A stretch of DNA of 64,000 bases from Candidatus Bathyarchaeota archaeon (GTDB taxonomy: Archaea; Thermoproteota; Bathyarchaeia; 40CM-2-53-6): positions 480,001 through 544,000 of the forward strand of contig CAVSBL010000002.1 in NCBI GenBank assembly GCA_963726255.1. The letters run 5' to 3'. The notes under the pieces are model-generated. The model saw nothing but the letters and a program-made list of their open reading frames with translations. It ran no database searches and was not told the origin of the DNA. Positions 19,808 through 29,472 of the stretch are shown here, one piece after another; within the stretch, counting starts at the first letter, position 1; each line of letters starts with the position of its first letter. The translations under genes and the position numbers were made by a program.

Positions 19808-20130
19808 CGCACTTTCCCTTTGACCTTATGATAAGCTTCCTTTGTCGTTCACTCCATGACCTATGACGGACTCATGTTCGTCGCACGATGTATAAAAAAC
19901 TTGACAAGTCAGTCTAGGGGATTTGACATCATGAGATAAGCATAGACATGTTAAGACGTTGCAGTTCGTTCTAACTGAGATTAATCCATAGCGGAAATAT
20001 GACGCGTTCGTGTCAAGAACGCCGGAATATGCGGCTACATTTGCACCAAGCGTCAACAGGAGAGTCAAAATGCTGAAATGTCTTTGCTGAGGGGCGCAGG
20101 TCTCCCTAAGTCTAAAGGTGTTGGTTAGGA

Positions 20131-20436
20131 ATGACAAGAGCCAAAGGTGATTATGTGAAGGTCCTTGAGAAGATTGACGGGATATCCGCTAAAATTGTAT
20201 ACGACGATACAATCGCGCGGATTGTAGAGACCATCTCGCAATCTCCTAGAATTCATCAAAGAGGGATTGCTACCAAGGCTAAAGTGAGTCGAGGGCTCTG
20301 CTCGTATCATCTCAAGAATTTGGCGAACGGCGGCATTGTGAAGATTGTTGATACGGGCTACAAGAAGTTCTACGTCCTCTCTGAGGATGGCAGGCGCGCT
20401 CTTGAACTCAGGAGAAGCATCTTCCCCGGTCACTAG
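20131..20436 (+). CDS. winged helix-turn-helix regulator
   Basis: PRIHQRGIATKAKVSRGLCSYHLKNLANGGIV...Y.LSEDG. Confidence 0.8.
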   Translation: MTRAKGDYVKVLEKIDGISAKIVYDDTIARIVETISQSPRIHQRGIATKAKVSRGLCSYHLKNLANGGIVKIVDTGYKKFYVLSEDGRRALELRRSIFPGH

Positions 20437-20769
20437 CCCCCGGTTGGGCAGCGAGTAGCGCCGAAGGAATAGGCATCGCTCTGTCCTACATGAAGTGACA
20501 ATCAGGCCTCCTCAGGTTTGAGTTGCAATCGATACACCCGTAGATTACCTGCTCCTGAAGCTTCGGCTTTCCATCAGGCCCAAACACATTCATGCGTGCA
20601 ATCTTTGGGTAGGGAGAGTAGAACGGTTTCCTCTTGGAGCAAAATGGGTATTCAATTCAGTGCGCTTCTTCACGTTGAAATCTTATCTTCACGATGTCTG
20701 AAGGTACATCCCACCAACTGCCGGTCTTTTCATTGATCGTATTTATCCATGCGATTCTAGTCTGAAATG

Positions 20770-20921
20770 TGGTGCGGCCGCCGGGATTCGGACCCGGGTT
20801 TCCCCGTTGCTATTATGCAACTTTGAGGCTTGGGAAGCCCCCGTCATAGACCAGGCTGCCCTTCCAACCTCTCCAGGTTGGGAACTGGACCACGGCCTAA
20901 TGGAGCAATCCATGCTCACGC
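20770..20921 (-). tRNA. tRNA-Gly(CCC) with three BHB introns (3/4, 15/16, 45/46) and encoded CCA
   Basis: Exons 20921-20919, 20896-20885, 20855-20823 and 20799-20770 join to GCGGCCGTGGTCCAGCCTGGTCTATGACGGGGGCTTCCCAAGCCTCAAACCCGGGTCCGAATCCCGGCGGCCGCACCA, a cloverleaf with a 7-bp acceptor stem. Each intron has a 4-bp central helix and two 3-nt bulges. Confidence 0.92.
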
Positions 20922-21013
20922 ACTCAGAGTCCAGCCACGACGACCGCAAATCGAGAAAGCTCGAGCTCACAATAAAAATCTCCCGACTCCAGCGGAAGAA
21001 ATAGAAGCGTGGA

Positions 21014-21466
21014 TTACCAAATGCCGCATTCCGCACTGGCACTACATGTTTCTCTCAGCTTCCTCAGCAAAGCGCTATCCCTCGACAGGCGCCGAAGAGT
21101 TTTGCTGGTTACGCCGGCGACTTCCAGCTTGTCGAAGGGTAAAAGTTTCAGAATGATGTTCGTGCACATTGTCAGCTCTTCCTGACTAAGCGAAGCCTCC
21201 GCATTGGCTAGCACAGCCGCCATGGTTGCAGTAACGAATGCGTCGCCAATAGTCACATCCTTCAGGCGAGTTCCTTTAGCTGCCTTCGTGAACAGTTTCA
21301 CGAGGTTGTTTCCGATTTCTTCACGCATTTCGTCGGAGAGAATGTACCCTTGTACGGGTATGAAAGTTTCAGGGTCCTTCGTACTCTTTCTCATGATTAT
21401 TCCCCGTTCAAGCATCCAAGATAGGGCAGCTGCAGGTGTGCCCCCTTCGAATATCACGTGCTGCAT
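21014..21466 (-). CDS. hypothetical protein
   Basis: 150-aa ORF with protein-like composition, downstream of fusA in the same orientation. Confidence 0.55.
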   Translation of the reverse strand: MQHVIFEGGTPAAALSWMLERGIIMRKSTKDPETFIPVQGYILSDEMREEIGNNLVKLFTKAAKGTRLKDVTIGDAFVTATMAAVLANAEASLSQEELTMCTNIILKLLPFDKLEVAGVTSKTLRRLSRDSALLRKLRETCSASAECGIW

Positions 21467-21493
21467 GGATGCATTCCTTGCAAACTGATCAGG

Positions 21494-21988
21494 CTAGGCA
21501 CCCACCATTCCCTGGTGCTCTTGTCGTCGCAAGTCAGTGGCATGTGTGGGAAGATCGAGTAAGAGTGCCCTGGCGACATCGATGGTTTCTTCCTTTGCCT
21601 TGTCGGCCAGTCCGTCGGCGAGTTTCGAAACTTGTCGGAGAGGTGGCGAGATTTCGCACAGAGCGTCAATTTCACCTTCGAACTCTTTGAAGATGAATCC
21701 GTCAGCGCAGATTCCGCTCAACATCTCCCCCATCATTCTCTTCGATCGCTTTGTGACTACGTACTGGGCTGAATCAAGCTCCTCAAGCAGTGTGCAGAGT
21801 CCTTTATCGTCCGCGGAGAATTGCTTGGCTGAACCTTCGGAGACCTGCATTGCCTGCTTAACGAGTTTCGGCCGGTAACCTGGTCGTCCCATAAAGCGTC
21901 TCACATATTTTTCAGCTTCTAGAATCGGGACCCTATCGATGAGGCGCACGCGGGGAAGAGAAAGAAGGGTTTCAATTGGGCGTGGCAT
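21494..21988 (-). CDS. hypothetical protein
   Basis: 164-aa ORF with an ATG start and a TATA-like TTATAA about 30 nt upstream. Confidence 0.6.
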   Translation of the reverse strand: MPRPIETLLSLPRVRLIDRVPILEAEKYVRRFMGRPGYRPKLVKQAMQVSEGSAKQFSADDKGLCTLLEELDSAQYVVTKRSKRMMGEMLSGICADGFIFKEFEGEIDALCEISPPLRQVSKLADGLADKAKEETIDVARALLLDLPTHATDLRRQEHQGMVGA

Positions 21989-22049
21989 TGCCGAAGATAG
22001 TGTGGCATGGAAACGCGTTATAATGATTGCTGAAGGAGGGGAGTGTGGT

Positions 22050-24268
22050 CTACGCTTCCATGAAGTCTTCTGCCTTTTGTGGTTCAGGTGGTAGGCCCTT
22101 GCGTTCGCGTATGCCCGTGATGACCTGGTTGATCAACGATTGCGGTACAGGTGCCCAGTGGGCGAACTCCAACCCCCAGAATGCCCGGCCTTGAGAAGCG
22201 CCCCGCATAACCTCTGAGAGGTCAAAGCTCTCAGCTGTGGGCAACTCCCCTACTACATAGACGAGGTGCCCGCGCTGGTCTACTGAAACGATTTTCCCAC
22301 GTTTCTGCGAGATTACACTTGTTGCGGCTCCAAGTAGCTCTGGGGGTACCTTCACCGTGATTCTTTGGACTGGTTCCAGCAGAACTGGGTTTGCGCTGAG
22401 GAATGCGACGAAGAATGCCCTTCTACTCATTGGCATGATCTGCGCTGGGCCTCTGTGGACGGGGTCTTCATGGAGTGAAATGTCCGTAACCTTCACCTTC
22501 ACGCCTCGGATTTGCTCATACGCAAGTGGGCCTTCCTTGAGTCCCCAACGGTAACCTGCAATAACCATTTCCTTAACCTCTTGGACGTACTGGGCTCCTT
22601 TCGTCACTTCCACAAGCATGTTGCTCCCTTCGTCAACGCTCCAAACCCCACGGGCTTCGTCGGGGGGCCATCCTTCCTCGCGAAGTATCTTTGCCATTTC
22701 GTGGCGGTCTTGGTATTCTCCAATCTTGCCCTCTTTGAGCATGCTGATTATCTTGTCAGGTAGAGGCTCGACGGAGAGGTAGATCTTGTTGTGTTTGTTT
22801 GGCGATTTGCCTTCCACAGGGCCGGCGGTGCCTCTGATGCTTTCGCGGTAGATTACGATCGGTTTGGAGGTTACGATTTCCAAACCGGTTTTCGTTATCA
22901 GCGTGTTAGCTATTTCCAAGTGCAGTGTGCCCATTCCGGCTATGAGGTACTCGCCGGTTTCTTCGTTGATCTTCGTCACGAGGTTTGGGTCTTCGAGGCT
23001 AAGCCTGCGGAGTAGCTCCACGAGCTTAGGAAGGTCCCTGCTGTATTTCGGTTCGACTGCCATCGTAACTACGGGTTCCGTAACGTAATGGACGGCTTCG
23101 AAGGGTGCTATGTCCTTTATCGTCGACAGTGTTTCTCCGGCCTTTGCTGCATCGAGCCCTAGGAGGGCGGGGATGTTGCCAGCGCTTATTGTCCCCACGA
23201 TTTCGCGGTAGGGCCCCATGAATATGCATACTTGCTGAACCCTTTGGTCCACCCTCGCGCCAAGTAGGTGGAAGGTTGATCCTTCCGTGATTGTTCCTGA
23301 GAATAATCTTCCACTGGCAACTACTCCTGCCTGCGGGTCAACCACAATGTTCGTAATCGCCATGACCACGGGACCGTTGTCGTCACAATTCATCATAGCT
23401 TTGCCGACTTCGCTGTCTATGTTCCCCTTCCAAATCTTCGGAATCCGATACTTCTGTGCCACATGTGGCGGGGGCAAATGCTCCACGGCCATGTTGAGGA
23501 TGGCATCGTCAAGCGAGGCCCGCTCTCTTAGTTCGCTTACCTTTTCGTTCAGGTAGGCGTCGACGACATCTGAGAATTTGACATTCTTCTCCTTCGCAAT
23601 TTCCGCGTTGAAACCCCATCGGTCCTTGGCCGAACCCATGGCTACAGTGTTGGTTGCGAAGCTTACCTTCCATATCTCACGGTACTCGGGCTCAGCGTAG
23701 AGCTCGATGAGGCGGTTAAACTCGGTGATTATGCGCCCGATTCTCTCCTGAATCTGCTCGGGGGACAGTCTCAATTCCTTGATGAGGCGGTCAATCTTGT
23801 TAATGTAAAGCAAAGGCCGAACACGTTCCTCAAGCGCCTGCCTCGTCACCGTCTCCGTCTGAACCATAATCTCCTCAACAGAATCCACAACTACAACTGC
23901 GCCGTCAATCGCCCTAAGCGAGCGAGTCACTCTTCCTGAGAAGTCAACGTGGCCGGGGGTGTCGATTAGGTTGATGACGTAGGGGGTACCATTCCTCTCA
24001 TGGAGTAGGCTCACGTTCGCGGCCTTGATGGTCATCTGCCGCTTTTGCTCTTCTTCCATGTAGTCTAGGGCTAGTGCTGTCCCAGCCATGCCTGGTGACA
24101 GAAGGCCAGCAGCCGCAAGGAGGGAGTCGCTCATCGTCGTCTTGCCGTGGTCGACGTGGGCGATTATACCCATATCTTCCGGACGCAGCAACTAGGCTAC
24201 GTCATTCGGATTTGGTCCTTGTTAGCTATGATCCTCTGTATTTCCGTCGTAGATTTGTAACGGGGCAT
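22050..24268 (-). CDS. fusA: translation elongation factor aEF-2, spliced from exon 1 (24268-24205) and exon 2 (24175-22050), 729 aa
   Basis: AHVDHGKTT, DTPGHVDF and NKID motifs, plus the diphthamide loop HEDPVHRGPAQ. The N-terminus MPRYKSTTEIQRIIANKDQIR lies in another frame and joins after removal of a 29-nt BHB intron. Confidence 0.96.
24176..24204 (-). other. bulge-helix-bulge intron in EF-2 mRNA
   Basis: Intron UGACGUAGCCUAGUUGCUGCGUCCGGAAG. The central helix is UCCG/CGGA, the bulges are AA|U and AG|A, and the inner stem is GACGUAGC/GCUGCGUC (8 bp). Splicing gives CGA-AAU-AUG-GGU (R-N-M-G). Confidence 0.9.
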
Positions 24269-24485
24269 ATTTTCTCAACTCTGCTCCGAAATCGCGATGG
24301 CAACATAACTCGATGTCATTAAAGCATTACTGTCTGGTGCCTCGTCAAGCCTCGGTCGGTTCAACCGAAAATCGGTCGTTGTGAAGCATCATAGGGTGGC
24401 TTGTGCGAATCCACGGCAGGAGAATTTCAGTATAGTTTTCCACAGAGAAAAGATCTGTAACGCATGATGAAACATTCAGCATGGG

Positions 24486-24623
24486 TCAGCAGGGTGCGAA
24501 CCAGGTACAGCCGAAAATTCTGAGCACCCATAGCATGTAACCCGCGAACAGCCCAATCAAGATGCCCGCCATTAGGGCAAAGAAGATGACCGCACCCAAT
24601 TTTCCTTCGGTTACAACGGACAT
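24486..24623 (-). CDS. small membrane protein (45 aa)
   Basis: Manual translation MSVVTEGKLGAVIFFALMAGILIGLFAGYMLWVLRIFGCTWFAPC, with one long hydrophobic helix. Confidence 0.55.
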   Translation of the reverse strand: MSVVTEGKLGAVIFFALMAGILIGLFAGYMLWVLRIFGCTWFAPC

Positions 24624-24734
24624 AGAAGCCACTTTGTCGGCACGGAATAAAACGGTTTGCAAATGGGTCGCCTTGGTGTGTGAACATGGTTAATTTGTCG
24701 CCTGTGAGTTCCAAGGAGTTTAGGTAGTTGGCCT

Positions 24735-25778
24735 TTGGGTTTCAACCTCTCCCCGCTCGTTGTTAAGCGGCAGCTGCGGTTGGATGACCTGAAGGGGCGA
24801 AGCCTCGCCGTTGACGCCAACAATATGCTCTACCAATTCCTCGCGCTAATCCGCATGCGGGACGGAAGGCCATTCACCGACTCGAAGGGCAACGTTACTT
24901 CGCACTTGGTTGGATTACTTCTTCGCACGACGCGTTTGATGGCAGATTATGGGATACGCCCAGTGTTCGTTTTTGATGGGAAGCCACCTGCGATGAAGAT
25001 GCGGACCTTGGAAGCACGGCGCCAGTACAGGGAAAAGGCGCGGAAGGAGTGGGAAACGGCTGTCCAACGCGGCGACTACTCAGCGGCTTGGTCGAAAGCG
25101 GTAAGGATGAACTCGCTGACGCAACCGATGCAAGAGGATGCTAGGAAACTGCTCGGGCTGCTTGGCGTCCCTTACGTTCAAGCCCCGCAAGAGGGTGAGG
25201 CTCAGGCTGCCCACATGGCGTCCAAGGGTGATGTCTGGGCTGCGAATAGCCGGGACTATGACTCTGTACTTTTCGGTGCTCCTCGGCTAGTTCGGTATGT
25301 AACGATATCTGGGCAAGAATTCTTGCCAAGCAAAGGAATCGCCCGCCCGCTCATACCTGAACTAATTGAACTTAACCAACTCCTGACGGCGCTAGGAATA
25401 ACTCGAGAGCAACTGATCGACCTAGCCATCCTAGTAGGGACCGACTTTAACCAAGGAGTTCGGGGAGTCGGACCTAAAACAGCCCTGAAACTCATCAGGG
25501 AACATGGAGGTCTTGAGAAACTGCCGGACCGATTCAAAACTCAGCTTCCTAACAACATTCAAGCGATACGCACAATCTTCCTCCACCCAGATGTAAGGGA
25601 GGATTACGAGATTCAATTCAAAGGCATGGACGAAGAAGGCCTCAGGAAATTCCTCTGCGAAGAACGTGGGTTCTCCCCAGATAGGGTCAATCTCGCAATT
25701 GAACGAATGCGAGCATTCTACGCCAAAGACCGTTCAACCCTCCAAAGCTGGCTAGGGGGCAACCAAGGAGGAGCATGA
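24735..25778 (+). CDS. fen: flap endonuclease 1
   Basis: DANNMLYQFL, FVFDGKPP, EGEAQAA, DYDSVLFG, GTDFN and a C-terminal PIP-like STLQSWL. Confidence 0.97.
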   Translation: MGFNLSPLVVKRQLRLDDLKGRSLAVDANNMLYQFLALIRMRDGRPFTDSKGNVTSHLVGLLLRTTRLMADYGIRPVFVFDGKPPAMKMRTLEARRQYREKARKEWETAVQRGDYSAAWSKAVRMNSLTQPMQEDARKLLGLLGVPYVQAPQEGEAQAAHMASKGDVWAANSRDYDSVLFGAPRLVRYVTISGQEFLPSKGIARPLIPELIELNQLLTALGITREQLIDLAILVGTDFNQGVRGVGPKTALKLIREHGGLEKLPDRFKTQLPNNIQAIRTIFLHPDVREDYEIQFKGMDEEGLRKFLCEERGFSPDRVNLAIERMRAFYAKDRSTLQSWLGGNQGGA

Positions 25779-27377
25779 TTGCCGCCGGAGACTTCGTTTA
25801 ACCGGTTTACAGAAGTCTGCAAAGCGTTAGAGTCTACTACGAAAAGGACAGAGAAAGTAGCCTACCTAGTGGACTTCCTGAAATCCCTAAGCCGCGAAGA
25901 AATCACACCAGCCGTCTCCTTCCTAGTTGGTCGGCCTTTTCCCGAATCCGATGAGCGGGCGCTCGATATCGGAGGACAGACGCTTTGGAAGATTAATCGC
26001 GGAAGCGGCCAATCTGCCTTAATCTCAAAACCTGTAACAATCCTAGAGGTCTACAGAACCTTCGAGAAGATAGCGACCGCAAGTGGGTCAGGTTCGCGAC
26101 AGAGAAAGGAGACGCTTGTAGACACATTACTCAGCCGGCTTCCCAGAGCCGACGCCGAGTATTTGATGCGGATTATCTTCGGAGAGATGCGCATAGGCGC
26201 CGTAGAGGGCGTCGTCCTAGACGCAATAGCCCAAGCCGCATCCATCAACCCTGAGCGAGTTCGTAGGGCTAACATGCTCATGGGAAACCTCGCCCAAGTT
26301 GCCGAACTGGCACTCACGAAGGGCCAGGAAGCCATCAAGGACGTGGGCGTGACTCTGTTCGTTCCCATCAAGCCTATGCTCGCGGAGATGGCACAAGATC
26401 TTCAGGAGGTTTTCAAAGAACACGGGGGGACAAGCGCCTTCGAATTCAAGTATGACGGTGCACGCATCCAAATTCACCGGAAGGACGGCACACTCAGAAT
26501 TTTCAGCAGAAGGCTAACCGACGTCACATTAAGCCTGCCGGACATAGTCGAGCTCGCAAGGAAACGCGTTCGTAGTGAGGAATTTCTAATCGAGGGCGAA
26601 GTGGTTGCAACCGGCCAGAATCAGAAGCCCCTTCCATTTCAGGATTTGATGAGGCGATTCAGGCGTGTACACGACGTTGACGTGATGCTGAAGGAAATTC
26701 CGCTCAAACTCTTCCTATTCGACGTCATCTATCTCGACGGAAACCTCCTGATTGATACTCCATACGAAAAAAGGTGGGAGACGCTCCGCATCGTAGTCGA
26801 CGAGCAACTACTGGCTACAAGGATCGTTACGAAAGACTTGGTTGAGGCGAAGAAGTTGATGCAAGCCTCAATCGAGGCAGGGCACGAGGGGCTGATGGCG
26901 AAGGACCTCAAGAGCAACTATGCGCCCGGTGTCCGAGGAAAGAAGTGGTTCAAGATCAAGCCCGCGGAAACATTGGACGTGGTCATCGTGGCTGCGGATT
27001 GGGGTTCCGGGAGAAGGCGGGGCTGGTTAAGTAATTATCATCTCGCCGTGCGGGACGAGGCGTCGGGAGAATTTCTAGTGGTCGGTAAGACCTTCAAAGG
27101 CCTCACCGACCAAGAATTCGTTGAAATCACAAAGAGATTGCTAGAGTTGAAGACTAAGGAAACAGATTACACCGTATATGTGAAGCCGTCGATTGTCGTT
27201 GAGGTAGCCTTCAACGAGATTCAACATAGCCCACACTACAAATCCGGGTTTGCCCTTCGCTTTGCGAGAATCGCTCGGTTCAGGGATGATAAACGGGTTG
27301 GGGACGCGGACACACTGCAAAGGCTCTCAAAGCTCTACCAGGACCAGTTCAGGTTCAAAGCTCCCGCAGAGTTCTAA
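25779..27377 (+). CDS. lig: ATP-dependent DNA ligase
   Basis: EFKYDGAR (motif I), EGLMAK, WFKIK and LRFARI. Confidence 0.96.
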   Translation: MPPETSFNRFTEVCKALESTTKRTEKVAYLVDFLKSLSREEITPAVSFLVGRPFPESDERALDIGGQTLWKINRGSGQSALISKPVTILEVYRTFEKIATASGSGSRQRKETLVDTLLSRLPRADAEYLMRIIFGEMRIGAVEGVVLDAIAQAASINPERVRRANMLMGNLAQVAELALTKGQEAIKDVGVTLFVPIKPMLAEMAQDLQEVFKEHGGTSAFEFKYDGARIQIHRKDGTLRIFSRRLTDVTLSLPDIVELARKRVRSEEFLIEGEVVATGQNQKPLPFQDLMRRFRRVHDVDVMLKEIPLKLFLFDVIYLDGNLLIDTPYEKRWETLRIVVDEQLLATRIVTKDLVEAKKLMQASIEAGHEGLMAKDLKSNYAPGVRGKKWFKIKPAETLDVVIVAADWGSGRRRGWLSNYHLAVRDEASGEFLVVGKTFKGLTDQEFVEITKRLLELKTKETDYTVYVKPSIVVEVAFNEIQHSPHYKSGFALRFARIARFRDDKRVGDADTLQRLSKLYQDQFRFKAPAEF

Positions 27378-27412
27378 GGTGTAGTAGCCGTGACTTCAAG
27401 GTGTAGTACAGA

Positions 27413-28096
27413 TTGAAGGTCGCAGTTCTCTTCAGCGGCGGCAAAGACAGCGCATTCGCACTATGGTGTGTCCAAATGCAGGGCTGGGACGTGGAAAGCC
27501 TACTCACCGTCATTCCAGAATCCCAAGAATCTTGGATGTTTCACTTTCCCGGCCTAACTTGGACCAAGCTGCAGGCCCAAGCCATGAGCCTACCACAACT
27601 AACCGTTAAGACCCGTGGTGAAAAAGAACGGGAATTAACCGATCTTGCCGACGGCCTTGAGCAACTCAAGAAATCATTAGGCATCGACACGGTGGTTTCA
27701 GGCGCGGTCGCAAGCGAATATCAGAGAACTCGAATCGACAACGTGTGCGAGACGCTCGGACTCAAGAGTATTGCCCCCCTCTGGCACAAGAACCAAGAAC
27801 AACTAGTTAGGGAGCAGATAGAATCCGGCTTTCAGATCATGGTAACAGCGTGCAACGCGCTCGGCCTTACCAAGGAGTGGCTGGGTAAGAAACTCGACGC
27901 CTCGGACTTGCCTAGACTGGTCGCCCTCCGAAAAAAGTACGGCCTTAATGTGGCATTCGAAGGGGGCGAAGCTGAAACCTTCGTCCTAGCCGCACCCATG
28001 TTCAAAGTGCCCCTTACCGTTGTTCGGTCCACGCCGCGTTGGCGTGACGATTCGGGGTACTTGGAGATAGAAGAAGTTCAGCTAGGCCCTCGGTAA
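27413..28096 (+). CDS. dph6: diphthine--ammonia ligase
   Basis: LFSGGKDS PP-loop, SWMFH, SEYQ, APLW and EGGEAET. Confidence 0.9.
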   Translation: MKVAVLFSGGKDSAFALWCVQMQGWDVESLLTVIPESQESWMFHFPGLTWTKLQAQAMSLPQLTVKTRGEKERELTDLADGLEQLKKSLGIDTVVSGAVASEYQRTRIDNVCETLGLKSIAPLWHKNQEQLVREQIESGFQIMVTACNALGLTKEWLGKKLDASDLPRLVALRKKYGLNVAFEGGEAETFVLAAPMFKVPLTVVRSTPRWRDDSGYLEIEEVQLGPR

Positions 28097-28114
28097 CTAG
28101 GGTGTGGGACGCCC

Positions 28115-29425
28115 TCAACCATGCGCGAGCTCTGTCGCCAGCTCACGCGTCCTAGCTACAATTTGCCCTACATCAATTGTTTTGAACTGTCGATTCTCCA
28201 TTAGGACTTGCCCATCCACAATCGTAGTGTGAACGTTGGCAGATGAGGCTGAGTAGACTAGGTCTGAGACAACCGTTTCCTTGCCGTAGACCGGGTTCAT
28301 GTTAGGCGACTTTGCGTCCACTAGGATGATGTCCGCTCTCTTTCCCGGTTCGAGGCTTCCGATTTCGCGTTCAACTCCCAAGGCCTTCGCCCCTTGAATC
28401 GTGGCCAAGTCAAGCACCGTCTGGGCGTTCAGAACCGTAGGGTCCCACCTATGCGCCTTGTGCAGCAGAGCGCAGACCTTCATCGTTTCAAACATGTCCA
28501 GGCTGTTGTTGCTCGCTGCGCCATCAGTCCCTAACCCGACGGGGACGCCCGCTTCGAACATTTCCGGTAGGGGGGCGACTCCGCCGCTCGCAAGCTTCAT
28601 GTTTGAAACTGGGCAGTGCGCGACTGCAGCGCCTGACTTGGCGAGAAGAGCGACCTCACTCTTCGTCAGCCAAACACAGTGGGCTGCGAGCATCTTCTTG
28701 GACAGCGCTCCAATCTTATCCAAATATTCGACGACCCGCAAACCATGCTGCTGCTGGGAGTCTGCTTGCTCCTTGCGTGTTTCAGCCACGTGAACGTGGT
28801 TGATCACATCATTCTTCTCGGCAAATTCCTTCGCCCAGACCAGGGTCTCGGCGGAGCAAGTGTATGGTGCGTGTGGGCCCAAGGCGAAGCGGATTCTTGG
28901 ATTGCCAAGGCCCTTGATGTAATCGAGGAATTTCCTACTCTTCTCCTGTTCCATTCGCGCTTTCCCGGGGTCGGATAGATCTATGATGCCGTAAGAAAGG
29001 AAGCCGCGCAGGCCTGATTCGGCCACAGCTTTGGCCACGTCGTCCATAAAGAAATACATGTCCATGAAACTTGTCGTTCCGGATTGGATCATTTCAGCTG
29101 AGCCCAAGAGGGCGCCGTAGTAGCAGGCTTCGCCTGTCAGCTTGGCTTCGAGGGGCCAAATTTTCTTCTGCAGCCAATCCTGCAGCAGCATGTCATCCGC
29201 ATAGCCCCGAAACATAGTCATTGAAAGGTGAGTGTGAGTGTTGATGAGGCCGGGCATGGCGATTTTTCCGTGTCCATCAACCTCTGAGTCAGCAGGGCTT
29301 CTGAGGTTCTTCCCGATTTGCTTGATCTCTCCATCTTGGATGAGGATGGATGCGTCCCGGAACACCTCGCGTTTGTTGTCTTGTGTGACAACCCAGTCGC
29401 AGTTCTTGATCAGCAGCGATGGCAT
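28115..29425 (-). CDS. mtaD: amidohydrolase, MTA/SAH deaminase family
   Basis: PGLINTHTH, PHAPYTC, HVAET, HCPVSNMKL and GTDG. It lies near ahcY. Confidence 0.85.
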   Translation of the reverse strand: MPSLLIKNCDWVVTQDNKREVFRDASILIQDGEIKQIGKNLRSPADSEVDGHGKIAMPGLINTHTHLSMTMFRGYADDMLLQDWLQKKIWPLEAKLTGEACYYGALLGSAEMIQSGTTSFMDMYFFMDDVAKAVAESGLRGFLSYGIIDLSDPGKARMEQEKSRKFLDYIKGLGNPRIRFALGPHAPYTCSAETLVWAKEFAEKNDVINHVHVAETRKEQADSQQQHGLRVVEYLDKIGALSKKMLAAHCVWLTKSEVALLAKSGAAVAHCPVSNMKLASGGVAPLPEMFEAGVPVGLGTDGAASNNSLDMFETMKVCALLHKAHRWDPTVLNAQTVLDLATIQGAKALGVEREIGSLEPGKRADIILVDAKSPNMNPVYGKETVVSDLVYSASSANVHTTIVDGQVLMENRQFKTIDVGQIVARTRELATELAHG

Positions 29426-29472
29426 GGCCGGTACGCGTGTAAGATTGATTTGGTTGAGTTAAAAGCCGCGCG

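Noticed and set aside
24176-24191. TTG start MLRPED for EF-2 from the ORF track
   Set aside because: It lies inside the predicted intron and loses the conserved IRN before the P-loop.
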